The position numbers were made by a program, and so were the translations under genes. From contig JAHDFM010000017.1 in assembly GCA_020628165.1 (NCBI GenBank), positions 17,690 through 81,689 of the forward strand: a DNA stretch of 64,000 bases, in the 5' to 3' direction. The notes beneath the pieces were generated by a model. That model was not told where the DNA came from, did not search any database, and saw only the letters and a list, made by a program, of their open reading frames with translations. Positions 9,157-19,783 of this stretch are shown piece by piece; the first letter of the stretch is position 1, and every line of letters begins with the position of its first letter. This DNA is from Bdellovibrionales bacterium (lineage in GTDB: Bacteria; Bdellovibrionota; Bdellovibrionia; Bdellovibrionales; UBA1609).

Positions 9157-11094
9157 TCACCCCATCAAAATAAAAGTTAAAACTACGATCAAACCAAAAG
9201 ACATGTACATTGCATATCTTTGAATATTTCCATTTTGTAACTCGCGAATGCCGCGACCACATCCAGTGGCAAAGTCACTGGCCAAATGAGTGATCTTATC
9301 TATGAAGTTCACATCAATATAGAGCCACAAGCTTTTGCTAATATCGATCAACGGGTTAATGATGCCAGCAAAGTAAAACTCATCAATGAAATATTTATTC
9401 TTAGATTGGTTATGCAGTGGTGCGAGAGCTTTTGTGAACTTATCTGCAAGCCCATCTTTCATTACATACATAAAGTAAGCGAGTAGAGAAGAACCAATCA
9501 CAACGGCCATGCTCAAAGTCATACCCATGATCTCATCAGCCATATTCACTTCACCCAAGTTGATACTTTCAACCGCAGGTTTTAACCAATACTTGAGAAC
9601 ATTTGGAATGTGTCCTGGTAAAAATTCTGAAATTACATGCGGAATTCCAATCCAACCACCAACAAAAGACAACACTCCTAAAACTATTAAAGGAATGGTC
9701 ATCGACTTTGGCGACTCATGTGGATGCACATCTTTAGGCACACGGCTTTTGCCCCAAAAAGTCAGAGCCATTAAACGTGTCATATAAAATGCTGTCATTC
9801 CAGCAGTAACTACCCCGAGGATCCATAAGATCTTGCTTCCTGCAGGGCTTGCATAGGTGTACCAAAGGATTTCATCCTTACTAAAGAACCCAGCCAGAGG
9901 TGGAATACCAATGATGGCAAGCCAGCCAAGAACAAAGGTAAAGTGGGTGATTGGCATATGTTTCTTGAGTCCACCCATTTTGCGAATGTCTTGCTCTTCA
10001 TGCATAGCATGAATCACACTTCCTGAACCTAAGAACATAAGAGCCTTAAAAAAGGCATGAGTCATTAAATGAAATAAGGCTGGAACAAAAGCTCCGACAC
10101 CCACTGCTAAAAACATATAACCCAGCTGTGAAACCGTTGAATAAGCCAAGACTTTTTTAATGTCATTCTGAGTGATACCAATGGTTGCTGCAAAAAAGGC
10201 AGTCAATGCACCAATGATGGCAATCAACATCATTACATCGGGGGCTAACATATAAAGACCGCTCATACGAATGATCAAATAAACCCCAGCTGTCACCATG
10301 GTCGCTGCGTGAATCAATGCCGACACAGGAGTTGGCCCGGCCATCGCATCAGGAAGCCATACATAAAGAGGAATCTGCGCAGATTTACCTGTTGCACCGA
10401 TAAATAAAAACAAACAAGCTAAAGTAATTGGGCCTGTCCAACCAGACTCTGGCGTTGTAGGTAATAATGAATTGATCGCACTGAATTCAATAGTGCCAAA
10501 AGTTTGAAACACTAAAAATAAACCAAGTAAAAAAGCAGCATCACCGATTCTGTTAGTGATAAAGGCCTTCATACCAGCAGCCGCTTTTTCGACATCAGTG
10601 AACCAAAAACCAATCAATAAGTACGAACAAAGTCCAACACCTTCCCAACCCACAAATAATACAAGTAAGTTGTCACCGAGAACTAATAAAAGCATGTTGA
10701 ATAAGAATAAGTTCAAATAGGCAAAATACTTAGAAGGCCTATTGTCGTGAGACATATAACCAATACTAAATAGATGAATCAATGTTCCCACACCGGTGAT
10801 GATTAAAATCATCACGGCACTGATTGGGTCCAATAAAAAGGACGCATTGGCTTTAAAATCGCCGATGTTGATCCAATCAAAAAAGTGCACACTCATCGCA
10901 CGAGCGGAAGGCTCAAGGCCGACCAACTTGATCACCAAAAAGACGGCGGTTAAAAATGATAAGAACACTGCCGAAGTGGCAACCGTACCAGCCAGCTTAT
11001 AGTTCTTGCTTTTAAAACGAAGTCCGTTAAATAAAAATCCAAGTAACGGAAACGTAAATAATAGAATAAAAGCTATTTTAATATCCATCTTCAC
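9157..11094 (-). CDS. nuoL: NADH-quinone oxidoreductase subunit L
   Basis: 645-aa antiporter-like membrane ORF (WLPDAMAGPTPVSALIHAATMV), with the long C-terminal extension typical of NuoL. Confidence 0.9.
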   Translation of the reverse strand: MKMDIKIAFILLFTFPLLGFLFNGLRFKSKNYKLAGTVATSAVFLSFLTAVFLVIKLVGLEPSARAMSVHFFDWINIGDFKANASFLLDPISAVMILIITGVGTLIHLFSIGYMSHDNRPSKYFAYLNLFLFNMLLLVLGDNLLVLFVGWEGVGLCSYLLIGFWFTDVEKAAAGMKAFITNRIGDAAFLLGLFLVFQTFGTIEFSAINSLLPTTPESGWTGPITLACLFLFIGATGKSAQIPLYVWLPDAMAGPTPVSALIHAATMVTAGVYLIIRMSGLYMLAPDVMMLIAIIGALTAFFAATIGITQNDIKKVLAYSTVSQLGYMFLAVGVGAFVPALFHLMTHAFFKALMFLGSGSVIHAMHEEQDIRKMGGLKKHMPITHFTFVLGWLAIIGIPPLAGFFSKDEILWYTYASPAGSKILWILGVVTAGMTAFYMTRLMALTFWGKSRVPKDVHPHESPKSMTIPLIVLGVLSFVGGWIGIPHVISEFLPGHIPNVLKYWLKPAVESINLGEVNMADEIMGMTLSMAVVIGSSLLAYFMYVMKDGLADKFTKALAPLHNQSKNKYFIDEFYFAGIINPLIDISKSLWLYIDVNFIDKITHLASDFATGCGRGIRELQNGNIQRYAMYMSFGLIVVLTFILMG

Positions 11095-11435
11095 TAACCC
11101 TTTAGTTGCTCAAAAAACTCAATGTTCACTTCTTTAAATCGCTTGAATATAGTCACGGCAATGGCAAGACCAACTCCAGCTTCAGCCGCTGCAATGGTCA
11201 TGACAAAAAAGACCATGATCTGCCCATTGATATTTTGAGTGAAGTGACTGAAGGTCACAAAAGACAAGTTCACTGCGTTTAACATTAACTCGATACTCAT
11301 TAAAATAACCAAAACGTTTCTACGCCTTAGAACACCTACCATTCCAATGCAAAACAATATGGCCGACAAACCTAGGTAATGATTGATACCAACAGGGCTT
11401 AGAAAAAAATCACCCAACATATTTAAACTATTCAT
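11094..11435 (-). CDS. nuoK: NADH-quinone oxidoreductase subunit K
   Basis: Start trimmed to the ATG at 11435, which has AAGGAGG 5 nt upstream. Sequence [11 protein letters not shown]...[12 protein letters not shown] is typical of NuoK. Confidence 0.85.
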   Translation of the reverse strand: MNSLNMLGDFFLSPVGINHYLGLSAILFCIGMVGVLRRRNVLVILMSIELMLNAVNLSFVTFSHFTQNINGQIMVFFVMTIAAAEAGVGLAIAVTIFKRFKEVNIEFFEQLKG

Positions 11436-11955
11436 GTGTGCCTCCTTTGATGCGCGACACAGCCACGGCACCGACGGCAATCAATAAAAGCAGTAAGCCC
11501 AAAAGTTCAAAGGCAAAAATGTAGTCCGTATAAAGTAAGATCGCGAGCTCTTTAGTAGATGTGTCCGCAACTGCTTGAGGAGTGTTCGTATTAGCTAACG
11601 GCAGCATGCCCTTTGACAACATGATTGAAGCAAAGATCAAACCGCATAACCAACCAGCTGATCCCACCTTAATGAAGTTGGCAAACTTTCCTTTGGAAAA
11701 ACTGTTCTTTTCTTTTTTCAGGTCGAACATCATCATGACCATAACGAATAGAACCATCACGGCCCCGGCATAAACAATGAGCTGCACCCCTGCGATGAAA
11801 AAGGCTTTCAATAAGAAGTAGACAAACGCTAAAGTCACCATAGTTATAGCTAAGTAGAGTGCTGAATAAATCGGGTTATCTGAAATTACAACGGCCAAGG
11901 CAAAAAAGACAATTATGGTGGCCAAGCCATAAAATAATAAAATTGATACGTCCAT
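11428..11955 (-). CDS. nuoJ: NADH-quinone oxidoreductase subunit J
   Basis: 175-aa membrane ORF located between nuoH and nuoK, with a NuoJ-like TM pattern. Confidence 0.8.
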   Translation of the reverse strand: MDVSILLFYGLATIIVFFALAVVISDNPIYSALYLAITMVTLAFVYFLLKAFFIAGVQLIVYAGAVMVLFVMVMMMFDLKKEKNSFSKGKFANFIKVGSAGWLCGLIFASIMLSKGMLPLANTNTPQAVADTSTKELAILLYTDYIFAFELLGLLLLLIAVGAVAVSRIKGGTHE

Positions 11956-11958
11956 TCA

Positions 11959-13119
11959 TTAACTCCAGTTCGTTCTCATTATATAGATAACAATTGCGGT
12001 GATGATCGTGTTTGCAAGAGCCCAAGGAAGCATGGTCTTCCAACCGAGATCCATCAACTGATCGTAGCGGAAGCGTGGTATTGTCCAGCGAACCCAAATA
12101 AAGACCCATAAGAAAAATAGAATTTTAGCAAACATGGATACATGAAATAAAAAGGCCGTAGCAATAGCTGCCTTATTAGCACTCAAACCCCAACCTAAAA
12201 AGGTCTCTCTCACGCTATCAGGTGATAAAAACGGAATGTCATAACCACCAAAGTAAAACACAGCCATCAGTGCCGAGGCGGCCATCATATGCCCGTACTC
12301 ACCGATGTAAAACATATTCATTTTTAAGCCACTGTACTCAGTGTGGTAACCAGCTACGAGCTCGGCTTCGGCCTCTGGCAAGTCAAAAGGAGTTCTATTG
12401 GTTTCTGCAAACACCGCAGTGAAAAATAATATGGCACCTAAAGGTTGATAAAAAATTCCCCAGTTAGGTAAAAATGGAACCGACACTTCTTTGCCTAACA
12501 ACATAAAAGTAAGTGGGCCCTGTTGGGCATCGATCATGGTGGCGAAATCAAACGTTCCGTAAAGCAACAAGATACCAACAATAGATAAACCAAGTGCCAA
12601 TTCATAACTGATCATTTGCGCGCAAGATCTTAAAGCTCCCAACAAAGAGTACTTATTGTTTGAAGACCAACCGGCCATTAGCATGGAGTAGGCACCCAAA
12701 GATGAAATCCCTAAAACAAAAACAATACCAATGCCCACTTCAAAACTTTGGAAAGCAAAGCGGTATGGGCCAAAAGTGCTGCCGAACATTTCAAATTGCT
12801 CAATGTTAATTGGCAATGAAAGTGGAATCGCACCAAAAGCGATCGCAGCAGGCACAAGTGAAACAACGGGTGCTGCATAAAACAAAAAGCGCTTGGTTTT
12901 TTCTGGGACGAACTCTTCTTTGAAAATAAACTTTACGGCATCCGCTAAAAGTTGCGTCAAACCTAAGGGCCCAACACGGTTAGGACCTAGGCGGTTTTGA
13001 ATGAAAGCCGACCCACGTCGCTCTACCCAAACTAACAACGGCACTAATTGCACCATCATTACAAAGATGATTATCATTTTTACTAAGTTAACAGAGACTT
13101 CAAATAAATCAGCACCCAT
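11959..13119 (-). CDS. nuoH: NADH-quinone oxidoreductase subunit H
   Basis: 386 aa. VWVERRGSAFIQNRLGPNRVGPLGLTQLLADAVKF is the conserved NuoH/ND1 N-terminal signature. Confidence 0.92.
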   Translation of the reverse strand: MGADLFEVSVNLVKMIIIFVMMVQLVPLLVWVERRGSAFIQNRLGPNRVGPLGLTQLLADAVKFIFKEEFVPEKTKRFLFYAAPVVSLVPAAIAFGAIPLSLPINIEQFEMFGSTFGPYRFAFQSFEVGIGIVFVLGISSLGAYSMLMAGWSSNNKYSLLGALRSCAQMISYELALGLSIVGILLLYGTFDFATMIDAQQGPLTFMLLGKEVSVPFLPNWGIFYQPLGAILFFTAVFAETNRTPFDLPEAEAELVAGYHTEYSGLKMNMFYIGEYGHMMAASALMAVFYFGGYDIPFLSPDSVRETFLGWGLSANKAAIATAFLFHVSMFAKILFFLWVFIWVRWTIPRFRYDQLMDLGWKTMLPWALANTIITAIVIYIMRTNWS

Positions 13120-13122
13120 AGA

Positions 13123-13494
13123 TCAATCCCACTCCAAAGCTTTGGACTTTATTTCCCAAATCAAACCAATAATAAAAATCAATAAGAAAACACCCATTGC
13201 GCCTAAGATGTAAAGGCCGTGTCCTTCTTTAATAAAATCACCGTAAGCAAGGGCCCACGGATACATAAAAATAATTTCAATATCAAAAAGAATAAACAGG
13301 ATAGCGGTGAGATAATAACGAACAGAGATTTTTGAGTGCCCTGTTGTTTGAACATCGATACCACATTCGTAAGTTGAGTTTTTTGCTGAAGAGTTTTTTG
13401 GTTTCGGACCCACCAAAGAAACTAAAAAAAGTAAGCCCGCACCAAACAACAATACAAAAATTGTTAGGGCTATAATAGGAACCAAGCTGTTCAT
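13123..13494 (-). CDS. nuoA: NADH-quinone oxidoreductase subunit A
   Basis: 123 aa. YECGI...YYLTAILFILFDIEIIFMYPWA is the NuoA/ND3 signature. Confidence 0.9.
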   Translation of the reverse strand: MNSLVPIIALTIFVLLFGAGLLFLVSLVGPKPKNSSAKNSTYECGIDVQTTGHSKISVRYYLTAILFILFDIEIIFMYPWALAYGDFIKEGHGLYILGAMGVFLLIFIIGLIWEIKSKALEWD

Positions 13495-14077
13495 AACGAC
13501 CTCTTAAACCACGTATAATTTGAGTTAATATCTTATACCCCTAAGATTTTTAAAGATCTATGATCCTATCTATTTACTGCCTCGCGAAATATCTCTGAGC
13601 ACGCCCCTTTTTTTTGAAAAAATTAAAGGATTAAATCACACAATAAAACTCGTTATGTGCCTTGAAGTTCCTTGCAAATTTTTCAGAGTCTGAGGTTTTT
13701 TTAGTGAGTGTGTAACAAGCTTATTTTGTTACCTTTATTATTGGTTGGATTTATTTTTCAGTTGTTTCTAAAAGCCTCTTTAGCTTCTTAAATACATAAT
13801 ATCATTGAATTAAATGCCGTTTACTTGTGCCTAATTTTTTGATTTTTTAAACGGCTTTATGCTACTTGATATTCTATATGTCCACTTCCACTTGAACTTT
13901 TAGAGTTAGTTTAAACTCAAAAAAAACCAATCACTGAATGGGAGTTCATTTCAGCTTTTAGAAAACATAATTAGCTAAAATTAAAACCCTTCTTATTTTA
14001 TCATCTTCTTGAGGTTATCTTCTTCCTCATATATCAAGCATAATGAGTTGAATCTTTGAACGTGGCTATATACCAAA

Positions 14078-17000
14078 ATGAATTTTAATACAGATATAAA
14101 TCAGTTTTTAAACAAGCTTAGCACAAATAATAAGCAAAATTTTGATGTTGTCGGCGTTGATAACTTATTCTCATGTGCTTATCTTTTGAGCGAGTTTTTA
14201 AAAAGATCATCGAAGTCACCTTTGGTAGTTGTGCCTAATGAAAAGAGTTTTTTGGAACTTAAAAACTGCCTGCAGTTTTTAGATAGCACTTTAAAAGTTA
14301 ACTACTTACCTAGCTTTGGCGCTCAGATGTATTCAGAGTTAACGCCACCTGTCGATACCGTTTACAAACGACTTCATTGGATTGCAAACACGCAAAAGAT
14401 GACGGACTACAAAGATAGTTTATTGGTTGCCACTCCTCAAGCTCTCCTGCAAAGAACTCTTCCTCAAACTGTCTTTTATGAAAACAGCTTTGATTTAACT
14501 AAAGGTGAAGAGCTGCCAGAGAGCATATCTAAATCTTTGCTTAGAAAAGGGTATAACCAAACACCTCTTGTTGAAGATCCAGGAACATTTGCCTTAAGAG
14601 GAGGCATTTTAGATATCTTCTCGCCAGCCTACGAACAGCCTTTGCGCTTAGAGCTTTTTGGCGACACTATTGAATCGATTAAGTATTTTAATCCTAACTC
14701 TGGTCGCTCCAATGAAGAACTCAATCACTGCACTATCATTCCAGCCAAAGAAACTCTGTTAACGGATGAAAACAGACAACTGTTAGTCAAACAAATCAAA
14801 GACTCTGCACTAGAGCGAAGCTTTGATGATCAAGATGTCAGTGAGATTCAACAAGACATTGTTCATTGGAAGTACTTTTTGGGTTGTGAATACTTTCCTA
14901 ACTATTTTTATAAAGAGACTTGTTACACCTATGAATACTTAACGTCTGACACGGTAGTTTTTCATTACAACAAACAATTGCAATTGAACAACTTTGACAA
15001 ACTCGTTTCATCATTAAAAGAGCATGAAAAGTACAATAAAAATTTATCGGTGCTCTTGCCGGCTCATGTTGAACTCTACAACACTGAGTTTGACAGTTTA
15101 AACCTTGTGGGCGGTAGCTCCGTAAGCCTTGCACCTATACTTATGGGCGAAGTGAATGAAGACACTTTAGTGAACTTTTCTAGCAACACGCTGAATGAAT
15201 TCACCAATCAGTGCAAAAGCTTAAGCCTGACTGAAACGGGCAGTTACTTAAAAGAAAAAATTGCTAAATGGAAACAGCAAGACAAAACTTTATTCTTTGC
15301 CTCACAATCAGAAAGCAACATCAAAAAATTTCAATTGTTATGTGAAGACAATGATTTGCAGTTTGAAGAGATTGAAAGCCTTGCCGATCACAATATTGAA
15401 AATGAAGTTGTGAAACAAAATAAAAATAGTAACTACATAACTCTTATAAAAAAAGACTGCCCTTACTCGGTTGAATTTAAATATCAAAACATTGTTTATA
15501 TCACTCTAGAAAATATCTTTGGCAAAGAAAACCACAGCAAAAGAAACAAACAAAAAAAGAACAGTTTTAAAAAAGCCAAAAGTTTACATTTTGCCGATTT
15601 AAAAATAAATGACTTTATTGTTCACCGCGATCACGGGGTGGGAGTTTATAAAGGCCTCACCATAATGAAGCTCGGTGAGATAGAGGCTGAGTACTTACAA
15701 CTGGAATACAAAGACAAAGATAAGCTTTACCTACCCATATACCGCATTGGTCAAATTCAAAAATTTACCGGCGCGGGTAAAGATCGACTGATCGACAAGC
15801 TCGGTGGAAAGTCGTTTGAAAAAGCCAAAATAAAAGTTAAAAGTAAGCTCAAAGACATTGCAGCCGACCTATTAAAACTCTACGCCGAAAGACAAGAACT
15901 CACTCGCCCGCCACTGCCTGAACCGGATCAAAATTTTAATAAGTTTGTTAAGCTCTTTCCCTTCACTGAAACCAATGACCAGCTCAACGCCGTCGAACAA
16001 ATACTAAATGATCAAAGCTTAGATAAACCTATGGACCGATTGGTCTGCGGAGATGTGGGTTTTGGTAAAACAGAGGTCGCTATGCGAGCTGCTTTTCAGG
16101 CGGCCTACAACGGACAACAAGTGGCCGTCATTGCACCCACCACCATTTTAACGTTTCAACATTTCGAAACTTTTAAAAAACGTTTTCAGCCCTGGGACTT
16201 TGAAATTTGTTGTCTCAATCGCTTTGTCTCAACGGCACAAATAAAAAAGAACAAAGAGAGTATCAAATCTGGAAAAGCTAAAATTGTTATCGGCACCCAC
16301 CGTTTGTTTAGCAAAGACATTGAATTTAATAATTTAGGTTTGTTAATCATCGATGAAGAGCAAAAGTTTGGAGTTAAACACAAAGAAAAAATCAGAACGC
16401 TTAAAAAGTCTGTGGACACACTCACCCTTTCGGCCACTCCAATTCCTAGAACTTTAAATATGAGCTTCTTAGGACTGCGTGATTTCAGTTTGATCACCAC
16501 GCCGCCAGTAGACCGCTTACCGATACGAACCTTCTTGAGTAAGTACGACTTACAAACCATTCGCCGTGCTATTACCAATGAAATTGACCGTGGCGGACAG
16601 GTGTTTTTTCTACACAACCGAGTGAACAACATTGAAACCATTGCCAGTGAGTTGAGAGAAGAGCTACCAAGTGTGCGCTTTGCCATCGGCCACGGGCAAA
16701 TGAAAGAAACTGACTTAGAAAAAGTGATGGTTTCTTTTTACGACAAAAAAGTGGATGTACTGATTTCAACAACTATCATTGAATCTGGTATGGATATCCC
16801 TAACGCCAATACTATCATTATTAATAACGCGCAAAACTTAGGGCTCAGTCAGTTGTATCAAATTCGCGGACGTGTGGGTCGTAGCACAAAGAGAGCTTAC
16901 TGTTATTTGATGGTTCCACAAAAAAAGCCCATCGATAAAACGGCATTAGAGCGATTAAAAGTCATACAACAAAACACTGAACTTGGCAGTGGCATCACCA

Positions 17001-17596
17001 TCGCCCAATACGATTTAGAACTTCGTGGGTCGGGTGACCTTTTAGGAGAGAGCCAAAGTGGTCACATCAATGCTGTCGGTTATGAGCTCTATATGGACCT
17101 TCTAAAAGAAGCCATTGCCGAACAAAAGGGTGAACCAGCAACTCACAATCAATTGGAACCAGAAATTAATTTACGCATTCCAAGCCTATTCCCAGATAAG
17201 TATATGTCGGACATTCGTTTACGCCTTTCGTATTACAAGCGTCTTTCAGACATCGATTCCATGTCTGAGATTGATGACATCGAAGATGAATTGCGTGAAC
17301 AGTTTGGCAAACCTCCAGAACAAGTGCAAAACTTGTTAGGCATTATGCTTATTCGTTTTATGTGTAAAAAATTGTGCATTCAAGATTTGTCGGAGGCTAA
17401 AAAAGGAATTACTCTGAGTTTTACATCAGACACACCACTTTCGACCGAACAAGTTTTTCAGTTAGCACAACGAGCTGATGAAAAATACAAGCTCACTCCT
17501 GAAAGTAAATTATTAGTTCATATAAAAAATAAAACTTGGGAAAGAATTTTTGAGGAACTCACTTTTTTAGCGAAAAAGTGTGATGTCGATTTTTAA
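14078..17596 (+). CDS. mfd: Transcription-repair coupling factor
   Basis: 1172 aa. Helicase motifs GDVGFGKTEVA, IIDEEQKFG, QLYQIRGRVGRS. CarD-like segment FIVHRDHGVGVYKG. Confidence 0.93.
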   Translation: MNFNTDINQFLNKLSTNNKQNFDVVGVDNLFSCAYLLSEFLKRSSKSPLVVVPNEKSFLELKNCLQFLDSTLKVNYLPSFGAQMYSELTPPVDTVYKRLHWIANTQKMTDYKDSLLVATPQALLQRTLPQTVFYENSFDLTKGEELPESISKSLLRKGYNQTPLVEDPGTFALRGGILDIFSPAYEQPLRLELFGDTIESIKYFNPNSGRSNEELNHCTIIPAKETLLTDENRQLLVKQIKDSALERSFDDQDVSEIQQDIVHWKYFLGCEYFPNYFYKETCYTYEYLTSDTVVFHYNKQLQLNNFDKLVSSLKEHEKYNKNLSVLLPAHVELYNTEFDSLNLVGGSSVSLAPILMGEVNEDTLVNFSSNTLNEFTNQCKSLSLTETGSYLKEKIAKWKQQDKTLFFASQSESNIKKFQLLCEDNDLQFEEIESLADHNIENEVVKQNKNSNYITLIKKDCPYSVEFKYQNIVYITLENIFGKENHSKRNKQKKNSFKKAKSLHFADLKINDFIVHRDHGVGVYKGLTIMKLGEIEAEYLQLEYKDKDKLYLPIYRIGQIQKFTGAGKDRLIDKLGGKSFEKAKIKVKSKLKDIAADLLKLYAERQELTRPPLPEPDQNFNKFVKLFPFTETNDQLNAVEQILNDQSLDKPMDRLVCGDVGFGKTEVAMRAAFQAAYNGQQVAVIAPTTILTFQHFETFKKRFQPWDFEICCLNRFVSTAQIKKNKESIKSGKAKIVIGTHRLFSKDIEFNNLGLLIIDEEQKFGVKHKEKIRTLKKSVDTLTLSATPIPRTLNMSFLGLRDFSLITTPPVDRLPIRTFLSKYDLQTIRRAITNEIDRGGQVFFLHNRVNNIETIASELREELPSVRFAIGHGQMKETDLEKVMVSFYDKKVDVLISTTIIESGMDIPNANTIIINNAQNLGLSQLYQIRGRVGRSTKRAYCYLMVPQKKPIDKTALERLKVIQQNTELGSGITIAQYDLELRGSGDLLGESQSGHINAVGYELYMDLLKEAIAEQKGEPATHNQLEPEINLRIPSLFPDKYMSDIRLRLSYYKRLSDIDSMSEIDDIEDELREQFGKPPEQVQNLLGIMLIRFMCKKLCIQDLSEAKKGITLSFTSDTPLSTEQVFQLAQRADEKYKLTPESKLLVHIKNKTWERIFEELTFLAKKCDVDF

Positions 17597-17721
17597 TGCC
17601 AGACTCGTTTTAGGTCTGATAACTCTCTTTTTAAAAATGTTTAGTTAATAGATCCTATTTTGAATTTAAACGCACTACACTCTTGCAAAGTTCATAACGG
17701 CTATGAACTTAGCCCAGTATA

Positions 17722-18312
17722 TTAGCGTGTAATGAGTTCTATGAGATTAAGAACCTTGTTTAAAGCATTTGAATTTATATCTAAATCACAAAACTTATGT
17801 TTATTTTCTTTCATGTTATTTTCAAAAACATGTAAAAAAGTATCCACCCAATGAAAGTCACTTGTACCTCGTTCAAAGTACCCTTTGAAGTATTCTAACG
17901 CATCTCTGTTTATAACTCTTTTTTTAGAAGTACTGGGAAGTCTATTCTCTACTAATGAAATAAAAGAGTAATGTTTATATACTTCAGTAGACAATTCTAA
18001 ACGTTTAAGCCACTTATCATTTTTTAAATAATTAGATATTGAAAGAAATAATTAAGACTTACTTTCCTCGGCCATAAAAGATGCACTTAATTTAGTTTCA
18101 TTTGATTGATTTATAAGCCATTTTGTAATTTTCCAACTATCTTCATTAATAGGTGATTGTATGTGACTTTCAAACTCTGCAATCACTTGGTCTTCTGATC
18201 GAGTTGGATATTCATTGCCATATTCTTAATACTTTGCTGCACATTCACTAAAGTCTTCTGCAACTAATGAAAAACAACCCAAAATGACAGTAACTAAAAC
18301 TAAAAATTTCAT
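17722..18312 (-). pseudogene. Secreted-protein gene interrupted by two in-frame TAA codons
   Basis: A single frame runs from ATG 18312 (AAGGTGA Shine-Dalgarno upstream; signal peptide MKFLVLVTVILGCFSLVAEDF) to TAA at 17722. It contains in-frame TAA codons at 18228-18226 and 18054-18052. The track ORF 17722-17994 is its 3' part. Confidence 0.5.
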
Positions 18313-18528
18313 ATTCACTCACCTTTAAATTACGTCCTGAACTAATGATGCAATGTATAATTGACTATTTTCTGACTAACAACTTTTGATCGATCACTTG
18401 TAATTAATACAGCGCACTAAACAATCACGAGTAACTAAGTAATCAAAATCATTTGGTATTTTCAGGTGGTAAAGGTGCTTCCAGGTATTGAACCTTCTCA
18501 TACTGTGCAAAGATTTAGAACCTGAAAC

Positions 18529-19617
18529 CTAAAATTCGAGTTTTACACCAGCGCTATAATAAAGGCTGCTAAGGTCTGGATCTTTTTCGGCGGCTTCATC
18601 TATATCAACTAATGATGATGACATGTAATTAACTTCTGCAAATAAAAATGTGTTTTCAATACCACCATCTTGATATGCAACTCTTGCTGCAAGATCATCA
18701 ATCCAATCGAGTTGAAACATGAGACCAGCTGTCATGTAGTAAGCCAAAAAGGAAGAACCGTCGACGGAGGTGAACTCAGACTCTTCAGAGTATTGTGAAG
18801 CATAAACACCTGCATGACCATAAGGAACTATATAAGGTTCACTAAATAGTGTGTCTAACTCAATGAATGCACCGATCTTTAATGGGATAAATGTTAGATC
18901 TGAAACGGCACCTGTCAAAGTGTTCGTTAGTTCTGATTTAAAGTAACCCAATGAGGTAAATAACCCTAATGACATCGCTGAAAAATTATATTTGAATGCT
19001 AGTTCTAAAGAGATTAGACCAATACTACTGGCATCTACTTCTTCGTATGTCACTGCTTGTTGATCTAGTACATAGTCGTTGGGCTGAAACAGACCATAGG
19101 ATAAGCCCCATATCACACCCCAGTTTTTTCTTCTCGCACGATAAGGAACCATTTCCATCTTATTAGAGTTTGATGAAATAGGAATTATATTTCTTGGTTC
19201 TACTATGACTTTGTTACCATCATTGCCATTGGAAATATTCTCACTGGGCTTTAATATACCCTTAAATTCTTTTGGTTCTTGTAACTCATCTGAGGCTAGC
19301 TGTCTTTCGATAGCTTCAGTGTTTAACCCTTCTTCCTGGGCAACAGAATTATCTATTTTCTCAGTTTCTAGGATTTCTTTTTCAGCTTCGTCAAGTTGCT
19401 CTTCGAGAGCTTGCCTTTCTACTCCTTCGTTATTTATAAATACTGATTTATTTTGAACATCATTTTCAGAGGATTCCTCAAGAAAATCGTCGTCAAAATC
19501 TAAATCCTCATCGATAAACTCAGACTCAGTTTCTGCGTAAAGCAATGTTTCGAAGTGTGTTTGAATAACTATAAAAGAAAATAATAGAAGAAACTTAACG
19601 AAAAAAGTTTTATTCAC
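18529..19617 (-). CDS. Putative outer-membrane beta-barrel protein with highly acidic N-terminal region
   Basis: 362 aa. Signal peptide; D/E-rich first ~130 aa; C-terminal half has alternating hydrophobic strands and ends in ...AGVKLEF (terminal aromatic residue, OMP-like). Confidence 0.5.
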   Translation of the reverse strand: MNKTFFVKFLLLFSFIVIQTHFETLLYAETESEFIDEDLDFDDDFLEESSENDVQNKSVFINNEGVERQALEEQLDEAEKEILETEKIDNSVAQEEGLNTEAIERQLASDELQEPKEFKGILKPSENISNGNDGNKVIVEPRNIIPISSNSNKMEMVPYRARRKNWGVIWGLSYGLFQPNDYVLDQQAVTYEEVDASSIGLISLELAFKYNFSAMSLGLFTSLGYFKSELTNTLTGAVSDLTFIPLKIGAFIELDTLFSEPYIVPYGHAGVYASQYSEESEFTSVDGSSFLAYYMTAGLMFQLDWIDDLAARVAYQDGGIENTFLFAEVNYMSSSLVDIDEAAEKDPDLSSLYYSAGVKLEF

Positions 19618-19783
19618 TTCTTTATAATAAACAAATCCCTATTTATTCTCAAAATAAGGTCCTTAGATTATTACTTAAGACTCGTCCAGTTTAGACTTAG
19701 CTCCAAAATTGAATTCTACCCAATTACTTTGTCCTTATTTGTATATATTATTAAGGATGACAACAAATTTGATAAGGTGATCT

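Noticed and set aside
11436-11480. Upstream extension of nuoK (track start 11480).
   Set aside because: The extension overlaps nuoJ by 53 nt and lacks a Shine-Dalgarno sequence. ATG 11435 has AAGGAGG 5 nt upstream and gives a typical NuoK length.
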